From the human T2T-CHM13v2.0 reference genome, Homo sapiens, in the NCBI RefSeq assembly GCF_009914755.1, contig NC_060934.1: a stretch of DNA of 64,000 nt; one strand, given 5' to 3'. Below are positions 13,925 to 27,499 of the stretch, one piece after another; within the stretch, counting starts at the first letter, position 1; the number at the start of each line of letters is the position of its first letter. The notes below the pieces were generated by a model, which was given only the letters and a program-made list of their open reading frames with translations, was not told where the DNA came from and searched no databases. Both the position numbers and the translations under genes were made by a program.

Positions 13925-14375
13925 ATTTCAAAAAGATATCTGCATTCATGTGTTTATTGCAACATTAGTCACAACAGCAAAGATAGGGGACTAACTTAAG
14001 TGTTCACCCACAGTGGATTGGGTAAAGAAAATGTGATACATATGTATACAATGGAATACTATTCAGCCAAAATAAAGAATGAAATCTTGTTTTTTACAGC
14101 AACATGGATGGTATTATCTTAAGTGAAACAACTCAGAAACAGAAAGTCAAATACCACATGTTTTCACTTTAAGTAGGAACTAAATAATGTATACACATGA
14201 ATCTAGTATATCCTCAAAGGGGTAGAATGGTCAGGGGGAATGAGGAATAAGGAATTACTTAATTGGTATAATGTAAACTATTTGGGTGATAGTTACACTA
14301 AAAGCCCAGATTTCACCACTATGCAATATATCCACGTAACAAAACTACATTTATGTTCCCTAAATTTATATAAAT
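13925..14375 (+). mobile_element. L1MA-type 3' end fragment
   Basis: 'atggaatactattcagcc...aacatggatg...aaagcccagatttcaccactatgcaatatatcc'. Confidence 0.88.
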
Positions 14376-14500
14376 TATATATATATGTGTGTGTGTATAA
14401 TTTACTTATATATGTATAATTTATTTATATATTATATACAACCTGTTATATATAGCATATATAATTATATATAATTTTATATAACATACATAATTTATTT
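14375..14500. repeat. Degenerate (TA)-rich low-complexity tract
   Basis: Directly visible. Confidence 0.8.
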
Positions 14501-14509
14501 TAATTAGAA

Positions 14510-14856
14510 AAAGATTTGTTTTAGGAAATTGGCTCCAATTATTGTGGAGGCTGGCAAGACTAAAATCTGTGGGCAGATTTTATGGCAGGACGGGAACCTG
14601 GAAACTCAGGCAAAATTTCATGATGAAGTCTGGAAGCTGAATTCCTTCCTCTCCAGGAAAGCTCAGTCTTTGCTCTTAAGGCCTTCCATTGATTGTCTGA
14701 TGCCCATCATATTATGAAGAATAGTCAACTTAAAGTCAATTGATTGCAAATGTTAACATCTATAAAATATACTCACAGCAACACTGAGATTAGTGTTTTA
14801 TTAAATAATCCCATACTCTAGCCTAACCAAGTTGATACATAAGACTAATCATCACA
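14510..14856 (-). mobile_element. MLT2 (ERVL) LTR
   Basis: 'aggaaattggctc...ggaggctggcaag...ctagcctaaccaagttgatacataagactaatcatcaca'. Confidence 0.8.
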
Positions 14857-15689
14857 TCGTCCTTATTCTACAAACGTCTAACAACGTAGATGACAACTTC
14901 TAAGTATCTTGTAAGATACCTTGTCTTCTAACTTGAGGAAACAAAGCACGTTCACTGAGTGAAAACTCTAGAGCTTAAAATTTAGCCTCAGGGTTTTGAA
15001 GCTAATAATGAAGCACTCATATAATATTCCTGCAATGTATAAAGTCAGCAGAACCCCTGAAGTGATTACAACTCTGTAGGCACAAAAGGACCATCAATTA
15101 CTATTCTAGATATAAATATTAAATATTTACCCAGTAACAGGTAAAAGTTTCCGGGTAAAGTTGTGAATGTACTGTTTTGCTGTTGATCATTATACATAAA
15201 AGCATAAACATTGCAGCTGAAATAACAATAGCTAGGTCAGCACCTGCCAAAAAAAAAAGAGTTTTAGAGAGTAGACATTTATTTACTTAGTTCAGCTGCA
15301 ATTCTTGGCAACATAGGAAAACGAATCTATTTTAAAATGGCATCTGATAAGTATTGAAGCATCACATGGGACAAGTCATTCACACTTTTCTCTCTAACAT
15401 AGAAGTTCATCATGCATTTAGTATTTCCTTTCTTTAGAAATGAAGTATGCATGCTACTGGCCAAATAGTTACATAGTTTTTCTTTATATCTAGTTTTATT
15501 TGATCTGTAAAGTGAGTGATTCAGTAGATTAGTGCTGAATCAATAATTTAGCATAACAATCTTCAAAAAAAATTGCAGCAAGACAAGAAAAAGGAAATCA
15601 GATGATTAGTGAAGTGATGGATGTACTTGTTTAGGCCTTGGGCAAAATATTTTATATAAAATAGGTGAAGAAGAGTTGGAGGAAGACAA

Positions 15690-15875
15690 ATCAGGCTTAA
15701 GTTCATGCTTTAACTCTTATGAGCTGTGCAATCTATGGAATATTTAAAACTAAGTTACTTCCTCTGTAAAATTAGGATAGCTATAGCAGCCTTGTACAAT
15801 TGCTATAAATATGAAATCAAAAAGCACTTAGCACACTGCCTTGTGTAGACAAGTATTCAGTAAATGCACACTAAT
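15690..15875 (+). mobile_element. MIR fragment
   Basis: 'ttcctctgtaaaattagg...aagcacttagcacactgcc...tattcagtaaatg'. Confidence 0.65.
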
Positions 15876-16809
15876 TATATAATCCTCTCTGGGTTTTAGC
15901 TTTTATCCTCTCTATAATTTAGCGAATTGGGCTAAATGACTCCCCTGGTACACTCCTCTTCCAAATTTATGCATTCTAATTTCTAGTGATAAATTCATTT
16001 GCACTGCGAATAGTCAATTCCATGAGGTTTACCGTGCCCTAACCACTCTTCAGAGAAGCCTTGGGATCAGTACCTAGCTACAATATTTACCTTGTGCCTG
16101 GCATTGTCTCATTAAAAAATACTGCTGTGGAAAACATTTGCTGTTTTATTTATAATAGCAAACAATGATCTTATCTGAATTAGTCTTCAGTCACATGAAA
16201 AACAGGGCTCTCTACTTTACTACTTTGTAAATGAATATGTCTGGACCCGGCTAGTCCTAATGTTAACCAATAACTTACACTGTCAAAATCATAGTGATTT
16301 TCAATTAACCACCAGTGTTTTCTTATAATTAATAGGACAGAGGCCAAAGTTAACCACTTGTTCATACAAATCAGGGATAAATAAGCCCGGCTCTTTGAAA
16401 ATGACAAACATGTACAGCAGTTACCATGGTGATTCCACAGTTATGGTTACAGAAAATTGAAAAAATGGAACTAAGAAAGTCAAGTCACCATGATTCTACC
16501 TTAAATAAATTCCTAAATGTAATTCTGCAATTAGTTCCAATCTGGCAAAAGGATGAAGCCCCAGAATGTCATTTCCTAAAGATATTTTTAAATCATCAAC
16601 TCCAATCCTCTCTAGCTCCGTTTTCTGAAATCCAGACATCTGTGATCTTCTTGCCCCTTGAGATGTAATAATAAGAGATTCCAACCTTTGATACCCTGTA
16701 GAAGACAATATCTTCCCACAGCCAATTGCCTGTATTTCCCTGATAATCCCTGGCTTTCTGTTTACTCATATGCTGTCCTGAAGTTTCACATGTCAAAACA
16801 GTCATGAAC

Positions 16810-18510
16810 TTAAGAAAGAAAAAAAAATTAAATGCAGAAAGACTACAGGGCTTATAGTAAACCATTATCAAACAAATGTTCACATTATGGGAATTTCAGA
16901 AGGAAAAGAGATAGAAAAAGTCATAGAAAACCTATTAAAGTAATAGCTGAAAACTTCCCAAGTCTTATATATGGACATACAGTCCAGGAAGATCAAGGTC
17001 CTCAAATGAATTCAACCCAAAAATCTCCTTTCTGAGGCACATTATAGTCAAATTTTCAGAATTCAAAGACAGGGAGAGAATTCTAAAAACAACAAGAGAA
17101 AAGCATGAAGTCATATATAAAGTAGTCTCCATAAGACTAACAACAGTTTTCTCAGCAGAAGCCTTATAGGTCAAGAGAAAATGGCACGATATATTTAAAG
17201 TGCTAATAGAGAAATCCTTCTATCGAGAATATTATGTTCAGCAATGCTATCCTTCAGAAATGAAGAAATAAAGCCTTCTTCAGATAAGCAATAATTGAAG
17301 GAATCTGAAAGCACTAGACCATCCATAAAAGAAATGCTTACAAGAATCCTACATATGGAAGTGAAAGAATGATAACTAAGATCATGAAAACCCACAAAAA
17401 TATAAAACTCAGTGACAGCAGACACATATATGAGAAAGAAAAGGGAAACAAATCTCGTCACTGCAGAAAACCAACAAACCACAAAGATAAATAAGGGAGA
17501 AAGAAAGGTACAAAGGATATACGATACAACCAGAAAACAACAAGCAAAATGATAAGAGTAGCAATTTTACTGATAATTTACTGAGAATAAAATAATAATT
17601 TTCAACGTAAACAGTTTAAATTCTCCAATTAAAATATGTGTACTGGCTTAATGAATAAAAAACAAGACCCAACTATATGCTGCCTACAACAAACTCACTT
17701 CACCTGTAAAGTCACACACATACTAAAAGTGAGGAGATGAAAAAGATGTTCCATGCAAATCAAAACCAAAAGCAAGCAGGAGTTGCTGTACTTGTATAAG
17801 ACAAAAATAAAAAGACTTAAAGTCAAAAACAGTAAAAAGAGCCAAAGAAGGTCATTACATAATGATAAAGGGATCAATTCAGCAAGAGGATATAATACTT
17901 CTAAATATATATGCCTCCGACACTGTAACACAGATATAAAAAACAACTATTATTAGATAGAAAAAGAGATACAGATGCCAATACAATAATAGCTGAGGAC
18001 TTTAACAACCCACTCTCAGCATTTAACAGGTCATCTAGATGAAAAATCAACCTGAAACATTAAACTTAAGCTGCACTACTGACCAAATGGAACTAACAAC
18101 ATCTATAGACCATTTTATCCAGCATCCACAGAATACACATCTTCTCTTCAGCAGATGAAACTTTCTTCAGAATAAGTCATACATTAAGCCATGAAACAAA
18201 CTTCAACAAATTTTTTAAAATCAGATATCTTTTCAGACCACAGTGGAATAAAACTAAAAATTCATAATAAGAGGAACTTTCAAGACTGTACAAATACATG
18301 TAAATTCTATAGCACGCTCTTGAGTGAACAGAGGATTTTGAATGTTCCCAAAACAAAGAAATGATAAACATTTGAGGGGATGGACATGCTAATTACCCTA
18401 ATATAATCATAACATTGTGTATACATGTATCAAAATAGCACTTTGTTCCCATAAATATGTATGACTATTATGGTACTTTTATGATGTTTCAACTGAAAAT
18501 AAAATTTAAA
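16810..18510 (+). mobile_element. Old L1 (L1MA-like): ORF1 3' part and ORF2 endonuclease start joined to the terminal 3' UTR
   Basis: ORF1-like 'gctgaaaacttcccaagtc'; ORF2-like 'caagacccaactatatgctgcctacaa'; L1MA 3' end 'gaggattttgaatgttccca...gatggacatgctaattaccc' from ~18330. Confidence 0.85.
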
Positions 18511-18514
18511 AAGG

Positions 18515-18812
18515 ACAGAAAAGAGAGAAAGCTGGACACAGCTACACACAAGAGGACAGAGAGTCATGTGAAGACAGACGCAGAGACTGGAGTTATGACT
18601 CCACAAGCAAAGGAATGCCAAGAATTGCTGGTAACCACTAGAAGCTGAAAGGCAAGGATTCTTTCCTAGAGCTTTTGGAGAGAGGCTGGTCATGTCAGCA
18701 CTGGGAATTCAGTTTTCTTTCTAGCATACAGGATTGAGAGAATAAATTTATGTTGTTTCAGTCCATCCTAGTTTTTGGTACTTTGTTATAACAACCCTAG
18801 AAAATTAATATA
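18515..18812 (+). mobile_element. MLT1 (B/C-like) LTR fragment
   Basis: 'catgtgaagacaga...gagactggagttatg...aaggaatgccaag...gagagaataaatt...tttggtactttgtta'. Confidence 0.85.
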
Positions 18813-19107
18813 GCCGTGGAAATACTTTTCTCTGTGGAAAACCTAGAAAATTAACATTCCATAGGAAAGTGTTTTGAACTACTGCCTTTCAGATTGATCT
18901 GCTGTGGCCCTTACATACTTTTACCACCCTTCAAAGCTAGATCAGTACATCCACACATACCTCTCCCTCCTCTGAACTCACTGTCCCATATCACTAAGCA
19001 TTCACCCACTGCCTTGTAATATTCTTGAATTATTTTCTTTAAGTAAGTCTTATCTCTCTACTGCAATGCTAGCTTATATTGAATAATGTAATGCTTGGCT
19101 GAACTGC

Positions 19108-20200
19108 ATATATATATATGTGTGTGTGTGTGTATATATATGTCCATATATATGTGTGTATATATATATAAGTCCATATATATGGACATATATATGTCCA
19201 TATATATGTGTGTATATATATGTCCATGTATATATGTATATATATGTCCATATATATGGATATATATACACACATATATATATGGATGTATATATGTCCA
19301 TATATATGGATATATATATATGGATATATATATATCCATGAATATATATATATCCATGGATATATATGGATATATATATGGATATGTATATATCCATGGA
19401 TATCTATATGGATATATATATATCCATGGATATATATATATATGGATATATATATATCCATGGATAGATATATATGGATATATATGGATATATATATATC
19501 CATGGATATATATGGATATATATATATCCATGGATATATATGGATATATATATATCCATGGATATATATATATGGATATATATGGATATATACATATCCA
19601 TAGATATATATGGATTATACATATCCATGGATATATATGGATAAATATATATCCATGGATATATATGGATAAATATATATCCATGGATATATATGGATGA
19701 ATATATATCCATGGATATATATGGATGAATATATATCCATGGATATATATGGATATATATATATCCATGGATATATATGGATATATATGGATATATATAC
19801 ACATACATATATGGATGTATATATGTCCATATATATGTGTGTATATATGTCCATATATATGTGTGTATATATGTCCAGATATATGTGTGTATATATGTCC
19901 ATATATATGTGTATATGTGTCCATATATATGTGTATATATGTCCACATATATGTGTATATATATGTCCATATATATGTGTATATATATGTCCATATATAT
20001 GTGTGTATATATGTCCATATATATGTGTGTATATATGTCCATATATATGTGTGTATATATGTCCATATATATGTGTGTATATATGTCCATATATATGTGT
20101 GTATATATGTCCATATATGTGTGTATATATGTCCATATATATGTGTGTATATATGTCCATATATATGTGTATATATGTCCATATATACACACATATAGAG
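19108..20200. repeat. Compound (TA)-rich VNTR, ~1.1 kb, with tccatgga/gtccatat/gtgtgt units
   Basis: Directly visible tandem units of ~20-28 bp. Confidence 0.97.
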
Positions 20201-21169
20201 AGAGAGAATGTCAAGCATTACATTATAATATCACATATATTATCGATACATGTGATATGTGCTTAAATATGCTTATATCACATATATTATGTGCTTACAT
20301 ATCTGCACATATATACATAGCACTTATGTTTCATATATATCTTCATATCACATATATTATGTTCTTATATATGCAATAAGCACATAATAGATATATAGAT
20401 ATAGATAGATAGATCACAACCACAGCATTTTGCCCTGCTCCCACACTGTTCTTGTTCTTTCCATTTTAAATACCTGTCTCTCTTCTCTCATTTCCCATCC
20501 TCCACCCATTCATTTCCACATGTCCAAATCATACTCAATTTTCACAGTCCAATGGAATTTCCCCTAAAAGCCCTCAGCATTCCAGTCAGAAATATACTTT
20601 TCTATCTATGAAGTCACACACAGTTATTTCTTTCCTTGTTACAGCACTTTTTATCTTGCTTACCTAATCTGGATAAAGAGATAATATTTGCTAATTTTTT
20701 GGAATTTTATTTTGCCCAGTGGAGTGTGCAGACAGGGCACAAAAGCAGATTCTCCTTGATTAGAAAGGAAATTTATAGGCACTGTAGAAGAGAATATTGA
20801 AAGTGAAGACCTGGCACTTACGTAGCTAAAAAGAAAAACTTCAGAAAGAAGATAAATGGCTTACTAGAGGCTTTTTCATGTGCCATGTGAATGTCTTCTC
20901 CATCTCCTCAAGGAAACTTTAAAAAATGACACTAATTACCAATAACTTTGGAAATGTTTTGTGGTGAGAAGCAAGATGAATGCCACAAAAAGCAGATCAG
21001 ACTTTAAGATGGACAAGAAGTAAAAGATAAAGCTACCAGCAGTGCTGAGATGACAGGTATTATTCTTGTCTGTTTCCTTTTTAAACCCTAAACTACTAGA
21101 GATAGGAGAGTTTCTGCAGGAACTTTGGATCCCTCACATTTCCTAGGCATGATCTTTTGCACATAATAC

Positions 21170-21365
21170 AATAGCACACATTTGTTGAGTGCTTTCACGT
21201 GCTAGATACTATAAATGTAATTTGTTTCTGTGACACATGAGATGTTTCTAAAGAACCAAGGCAATTTAAGTGAATCACCCAAGTTTTATAAATGCTAAGT
21301 GGCAGAAAGAGGATTTCAACCTACGCAATTTGACACCAAAGCTTATGATTTAACCATCCAGCCAC
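21170..21365 (-). mobile_element. MIR fragment
   Basis: 'catttgttgagtgctt...ttaagtgaatcacccaag...ctaagtggcagaaagaggatttcaacc'. Confidence 0.7.
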
Positions 21366-22338
21366 ATTTAGGCCCTAGTATGTAAGCAGTTGCTGAATGA
21401 ATGAAATAAGTAATATTCAGTGCTTACTAAATACCTGTTGATGGGTTAATAGTTAGGATTCATTCCTGGCCTCTTGATGTAAAATCATAGAGAAAGACTA
21501 GATATTCCCTTCCAGAATACTTTCATGGCAGAGATAGTGTGTTAGTCAGAAATCCCCAGAGATCCTATTCAGGTCCTAGTATTTGTCTTCCCTGCTGGTA
21601 TTTCTATTTTCAGCCTCAACAAATAGACCATTTGTGCACTCAGGTTGCCACAAACAAGAGGACATAATAAGCAGTTAAAATGTATAATGATCTCACGCCC
21701 AGCATAAGCCAAAATTCTGAAGAAAATTCAGATTCATGGATACTAGCAGAACCAGCCAAGTGAATAATTTGTCTATTTGATGCAAAGGCAGAATAGTAGG
21801 GGGTGAGCTCTACTGAGGTACCAGTGATTGGCATAAGTTATCCTCCTCCTTTATTTTTTCAGTTTTCAACCATTTGACTATTACTAAAAAATAAACAGTT
21901 AGGGTATAATATACACAGAGACAAAATAAGTCAATTCAAGAGTGTAATGACTCAAATAGTAAAGAAAGCAAAAAAAGAAAGAAAGAAAGGGAAATTTTGG
22001 ATTTGTTCTGCAAGACAAACATAAATTAAATGGGAAAAAAATAGTAGCTAAAAGTTAGGTCTGTTGTTTTTCCTGATTGGACTATTTAGTCAGTATGGAT
22101 ATTATAAAAATAAAATGGAAAGATACATATTGTCTCTGGACCTCATTTGGTAAGGTATACATAAAAGTGAAAAATACAGCCTGCTAACAAATTACTGAGT
22201 ACATAAAGAGAAAAGTTTTGGAAGTTTGGAAAAGTTTGGAATTGTAAATTAGTAAAAATTGCCCTCAAAGAAAATTTAGCACTTATTCAATTCAATGTCT
22301 AGGTTTTATAGCTCTCAGTCCTCTGTTATATTTTTCTA

Positions 22339-22692
<354 letters not shown>

Positions 22693-23899
22693 TGATTATC
22701 TTTTAAATGAATAGTTTTTATTCTACTGCTTTATGTCCAAGCTAGTAACAATTTCCATATCATGTTTTCTATAAATATTAGGGCCGTATTTTCAGAGATA
22801 AGGCTTTTTTTTTTAATTCTAAAAAGAACCAAATAAGAAAAGCTGGGAAATTGTATTAAATAATGGCTGACAAGGTATTTTTGTTTTCACTTATGGAAAA
22901 TGAAGTCATAAATTCCTGTTAAGAATTAACTTTTTCAAAATAATGCTATGGGGCAACAGTAAAAACTAGTAATGTTAGAAGAATGTAATAAATGTTTGAC
23001 TTTAACCATGAGAACATTCCAGAGGAACTAGACTTCCAGGGCAATTCTCTTTACACAGAAAATTCTGCCTTGCTCTGTAGAGAAACAGGAACTTATTAGC
23101 CCTAGTCATTCAAACCTAAAGAACTGCTTAAATCCAGAAGAGATGCGAGCAGTCATTCCCTGGGATGAGAGGCAAGAATATCTTGCTGGTTGTGGCACTG
23201 CGTGAAATCATTGCCTGATCCTGGTCCTTATAGTCTGATACAATCAGCTGAGACTAAACCTGCATTTTATCTGTGTATTGATACTGTAGCCTCCCACATG
23301 GATTGAACATTCAGACATTAACAGTCAATCTGCTACAAAAACCACATCTCTATTCATACCCCTTGCCCAGTGTAGATCCAAACCAAACCCAAGATTACCA
23401 GATAGACAGCAATTTTTTCATATTCAATGACGTGGTTTAAATACTGGCCTCTATAAGCGTGAGGCTACTCACAAGGAGACCCATTGATCCAATGAAACAG
23501 TTACTACTTCAGTTGCACTGACAAGATAACTACTCTGGATATCATTAAATAAGAAACAGCAACAATTCAGACCAGGTCGACGGACAAGCAGGACTTTTGA
23601 GTTGCCACAATAAGTGTAAGACACCTCGTGCTTACTAAAATGCAGCTTCCTCGGCCCCAGTTCAAGACTACTACACTATAATTTCTAAATAGCTTGTTGA
23701 AATTCATTTATAAATGTTTCATATTCATATCCTAATTTTAGAAAGGATAGAGATTTTAACTTGAGGGAGAGAAATAAAGTCCTATGAATTAAACTAATTA
23801 AGTAAATATCCTGAGTAAAGTTAAAGGATATCTCCTAGCCTATAAGTTCAGCTGTATCGTAGTCATAGATATTAATTCATCTAAAAAAAGGTATACCCT

Positions 23900-24295
<396 letters not shown>

Positions 24296-24688
24296 TCAAA
24301 ATAAGTAAATGCAGTCAACATATGCTGAAAGTATAATTTTCAAGTGAGATAGTATCCTGGTACAAAGAAGAATTTGAGACAGTGAATATTTATTTCCAAT
24401 TAAAAAGTTAATGTTAAAATATTATTGCAAAGTTGTTACAAAACTTGTAATATCATTTAGGACAATAAAACTGTAATCTCCTAGGTTATCTTTTCTACCG
24501 CACAAAAATCAGTTTTATCTGAACTGAACAAAAATCTACAAGTTAACATATAGCTTCACAGAGCATTTTTATCAATAGGAAATAAGTCAAACAAAGGTAC
24601 ACAGACACCTCCCTAGAATTTAATAATTCCTGTATGGATATTTTACATGTTTTAGTACATTTTTTAAATCTGAAGTCATTTTTGTCCT

Positions 24689-25057
24689 TATATTAGTCTA
24701 TTTTCACACTGCTATAAAGAACTGCCTGAGACTGGGTAATTTATGAAGAAAAGATATTTAATTGACTCACAGTTCCACAGGCTGTACAGGAGGCATGGCT
24801 GGGGAGGCCTTGGAAAATTTACAATCAGGGCGAAAGGCAAAGGAGAAGCAAGCATGTCATCACATGGCCAGCAGGGGCAAGAAAGAATAAAGGGGGACGT
24901 GCCACACAATTTTAAAAACCAGATCTTGTGAGAACTCAGTCATTATCAAAAGAACAGCAAGGGGGATGTCTGTCCTCATGATCCAATCACCTCTCCAACA
25001 TTCAGGATTATAATTCAACGTGAGATTTGGGTGGGGAAATGGAGCCAAACCATATTA
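24689..25057 (-). mobile_element. MST (MaLR) solo LTR
   Basis: 'tattagtctattttcacactgctataaagaactgcctgagactggg...gagatttgggtgggg...aaaccatat'. Confidence 0.9.
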
Positions 25058-25294
25058 TCCATTAATTCCAATTTTGATATTTTTTTCTTAATAATGCCCA
25101 GCAATGAACCTGGACTAGATGCTGAATCTGGGGATATGAAATATTTGGTCATCAGAGAGGATTTTCTGCAGTAGATTAGAAACATTTTTTCAGGCTTTAC
25201 CATACCCTCAGCAAAATATCTCCCAAAAATATCTATCTATATCTGTTCTCCTTTTCTTGACATCTAATACTAGTTATGGGTAAAGTATGGCGTT

Positions 25295-25445
25295 TGTCCA
25301 ATATTTAACCTGTTTCTCAGTTCCCTGTTTTGTAAAATTGAGAAAAAAGAATACCTCATTTGATGACTGTAAGATTAAATTACACAGGTAAAGGACTTAT
25401 AATGTGCCTGACATACAGTTTTCAATATTTGTTGGTTCTGATTAT
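25295..25445 (+). mobile_element. MIR fragment
   Basis: 'tttaacctgtttctcagttccc...tgtaaaat...gtgcctgacatacag'. Confidence 0.7.
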
Positions 25446-25599
25446 TATTTTATATTATTATTGTTAGGATACTATTATTCAATCATAGCATGGGGTCAAG
25501 ACACACAAATTCAGAGTGCTCTTTACACTGGCAGAGCAATATATTCAGAGGGTTTGCTGGAGCATCAATTTCCTCTTATTAATTATTTGCTGATTCTCT

Positions 25600-25875
25600 T
25601 TTGATTCTTGAATGCCATGTCCCCTAAACAGCTCATCTGAAGAACTGCTGACCACAGAGAGGACACCTTTACTGTCAGTCTGGACCCATCATGCTGTGTA
25701 CTCACCTTTTCTCACTTGCCAGGTGTCACCTTAAAATTTCTGTTATCCTTGCTCACTCTTCCCTATTTTTTTTAAGTAAGCCTTTGTGTTTGATTTTGAG
25801 GCACTTGCAGATTTCTGAGATCAGAGAGCTCTTCCTACTGCAGTAGTCTTTGAATAAAGTCTCTCTTCATCTAAG
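25600..25875 (+). mobile_element. ERV1-class LTR 3' part (MER31/MER67-like)
   Basis: 'ctcttcctactgcagtagtctttgaataaagtctctc' LTR poly(A) region. Confidence 0.55.
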
Positions 25876-26639
25876 TCCCCAGATTTTTATTGAACCCAGT
25901 ATAGACTCTTATCTTATTATTTTCCTAGGCATATTCTTCATTAGATTGAATTCTCCAATGAATGCAATGAAATAACTAATTGGCCAAATTAAACTCACTA
26001 TTTCCCTTAATAAGTACATGTTTATCTATCTTTTCTCACCATCCTAAGATTCTAATAGTTTCTTCTTAAATCACAAAATTACTCTAGAGTTTACTTTAAA
26101 AACATTGCACAGAACAAACTAACACCCTGAAACACCAGATTCCTTTCCTTTATGTAACCCCCTGAGCTTATACCACATGGTGCAGTGGGATACATTTGTG
26201 CTTACTCTCTCTCTCTCAGGAAAATATGATGTTAATATTTCTTGAGCTCTGTTTCTCTATAACAATTTTCTTCTTCCCTCTGAATTTTCTAGGTAGTTGG
26301 CAGTATGCCCAGGCCTCTTAGATTAGGGTATTCGTTCATCAAACATTTACCCTGTTTGATAGGAACTGTAGATACTGTGATAAACAATGCAGGCCCTTGC
26401 ATGGAGATACAGAATTACAGAGAGCCCTGTGGTTTTCTGTATTATTCTAGTCTCCTTGGTATTCCTCTCTCTTTTAAAGTAACTACTATTGTACATTTTA
26501 AAGAAAATTATTAAGATACTTCATAGGTCTTACCCCAAGTAGTTCTTTTTGTCACTTCTCTTAAATTCACTTTTTCACCAACTGCTATGACCAAATTTTT
26601 CTTGAGTTCCTATCTTTTAGTCTTATAAATGTAGTATTG

Positions 26640-27130
26640 CCATGATTATTATTTAGGATTTCCAGGGCTGCAAGAATCTAATGTAAAAGAAACTAACACA
26701 AAAGATAAATTAGTGTCTCACATTTAGATACAGTTAAAGCACAATCCAGGTGCTCAGATGTCATTAGGCAATCTGTCTTCAAGTCTGCTCTGATTTCCTC
26801 TGTAACACCTTTTTTCTAAGACAAATCTCCCCACAATGGGATAAGAACAAAATAACTTCAAACACATACTCTGTAACTTTAGAAAATTTAGCTTTTCAGG
26901 TGTATATTTTTTCAACTAAAGTTCTGAGATTGTCTGGGTCATGCATTTGCTGACAAGCTGTGATGCTTTAGTTAGCAAAGTCTGGGTCACATGCTTATTT
27001 TCGAGTTGGGGAGAGTGGGTTGTCATTAGCCAAGCCAGAGCCATATAGAGTAAGAGTGGGAAAGAATGGGTTTCCATAGAAAAATATGTGTTGCTGTTAC
27101 CAGAAGAAAGGCGGACAAGTTACCACCAAA
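26640..27130 (-). mobile_element. Old MLT1 (J/K-like) LTR
   Basis: 'tctgggtcacatgc...tttccatagaaaaat...gctgttaccagaagaa'. Confidence 0.5.
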
Positions 27131-27499
27131 ACATGGGTATATCTAGTGGGTGCAAAGGGCCAAGAAGAGCCCAGAAGTGGGGGTTGCATGTTGCTTTTGC
27201 CATGGCGGTACAGACAGGCCTGGTTATGCCACTTCAAAGGGAGAGGCAATAATAATGGGTGAACTTCTATTTTTCTTCCAGGCCAACATAAGTGTTTACA
27301 CAAATATGTCTAACAGTATCATCATCCAATGTAACAATATAAGAAAATTTCAGGAAACATAACCTTCATACAGGTGTCTTGAATGATTAGGATATTGTCT
27401 TCATAACAACTTTAATCTACAGGGATTTTTGTTGAGTTAGAAAGATAAAGACCACCCTTCCCCTTCTTACCATTTGCATTGCTCTTGTTTATTCATTCC

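Noticed and set aside
15126-15160. Short inverted repeat tttacccag...ccgggtaaa resembling the 11.9-kb hairpin core
   Set aside because: Only 8/9 bp; expected by chance in 64 kb.
19108-20200. CRISPR-like or phage-type repeat array
   Set aside because: No unique spacers, primate context; a simple compound VNTR.
19058-20379. Long overlapping ORFs (up to 386 aa, I/Y/H/M-rich) on both strands
   Set aside because: Artefact of a TA/CA/GGA tandem repeat that rarely forms stop codons; no coding signal.
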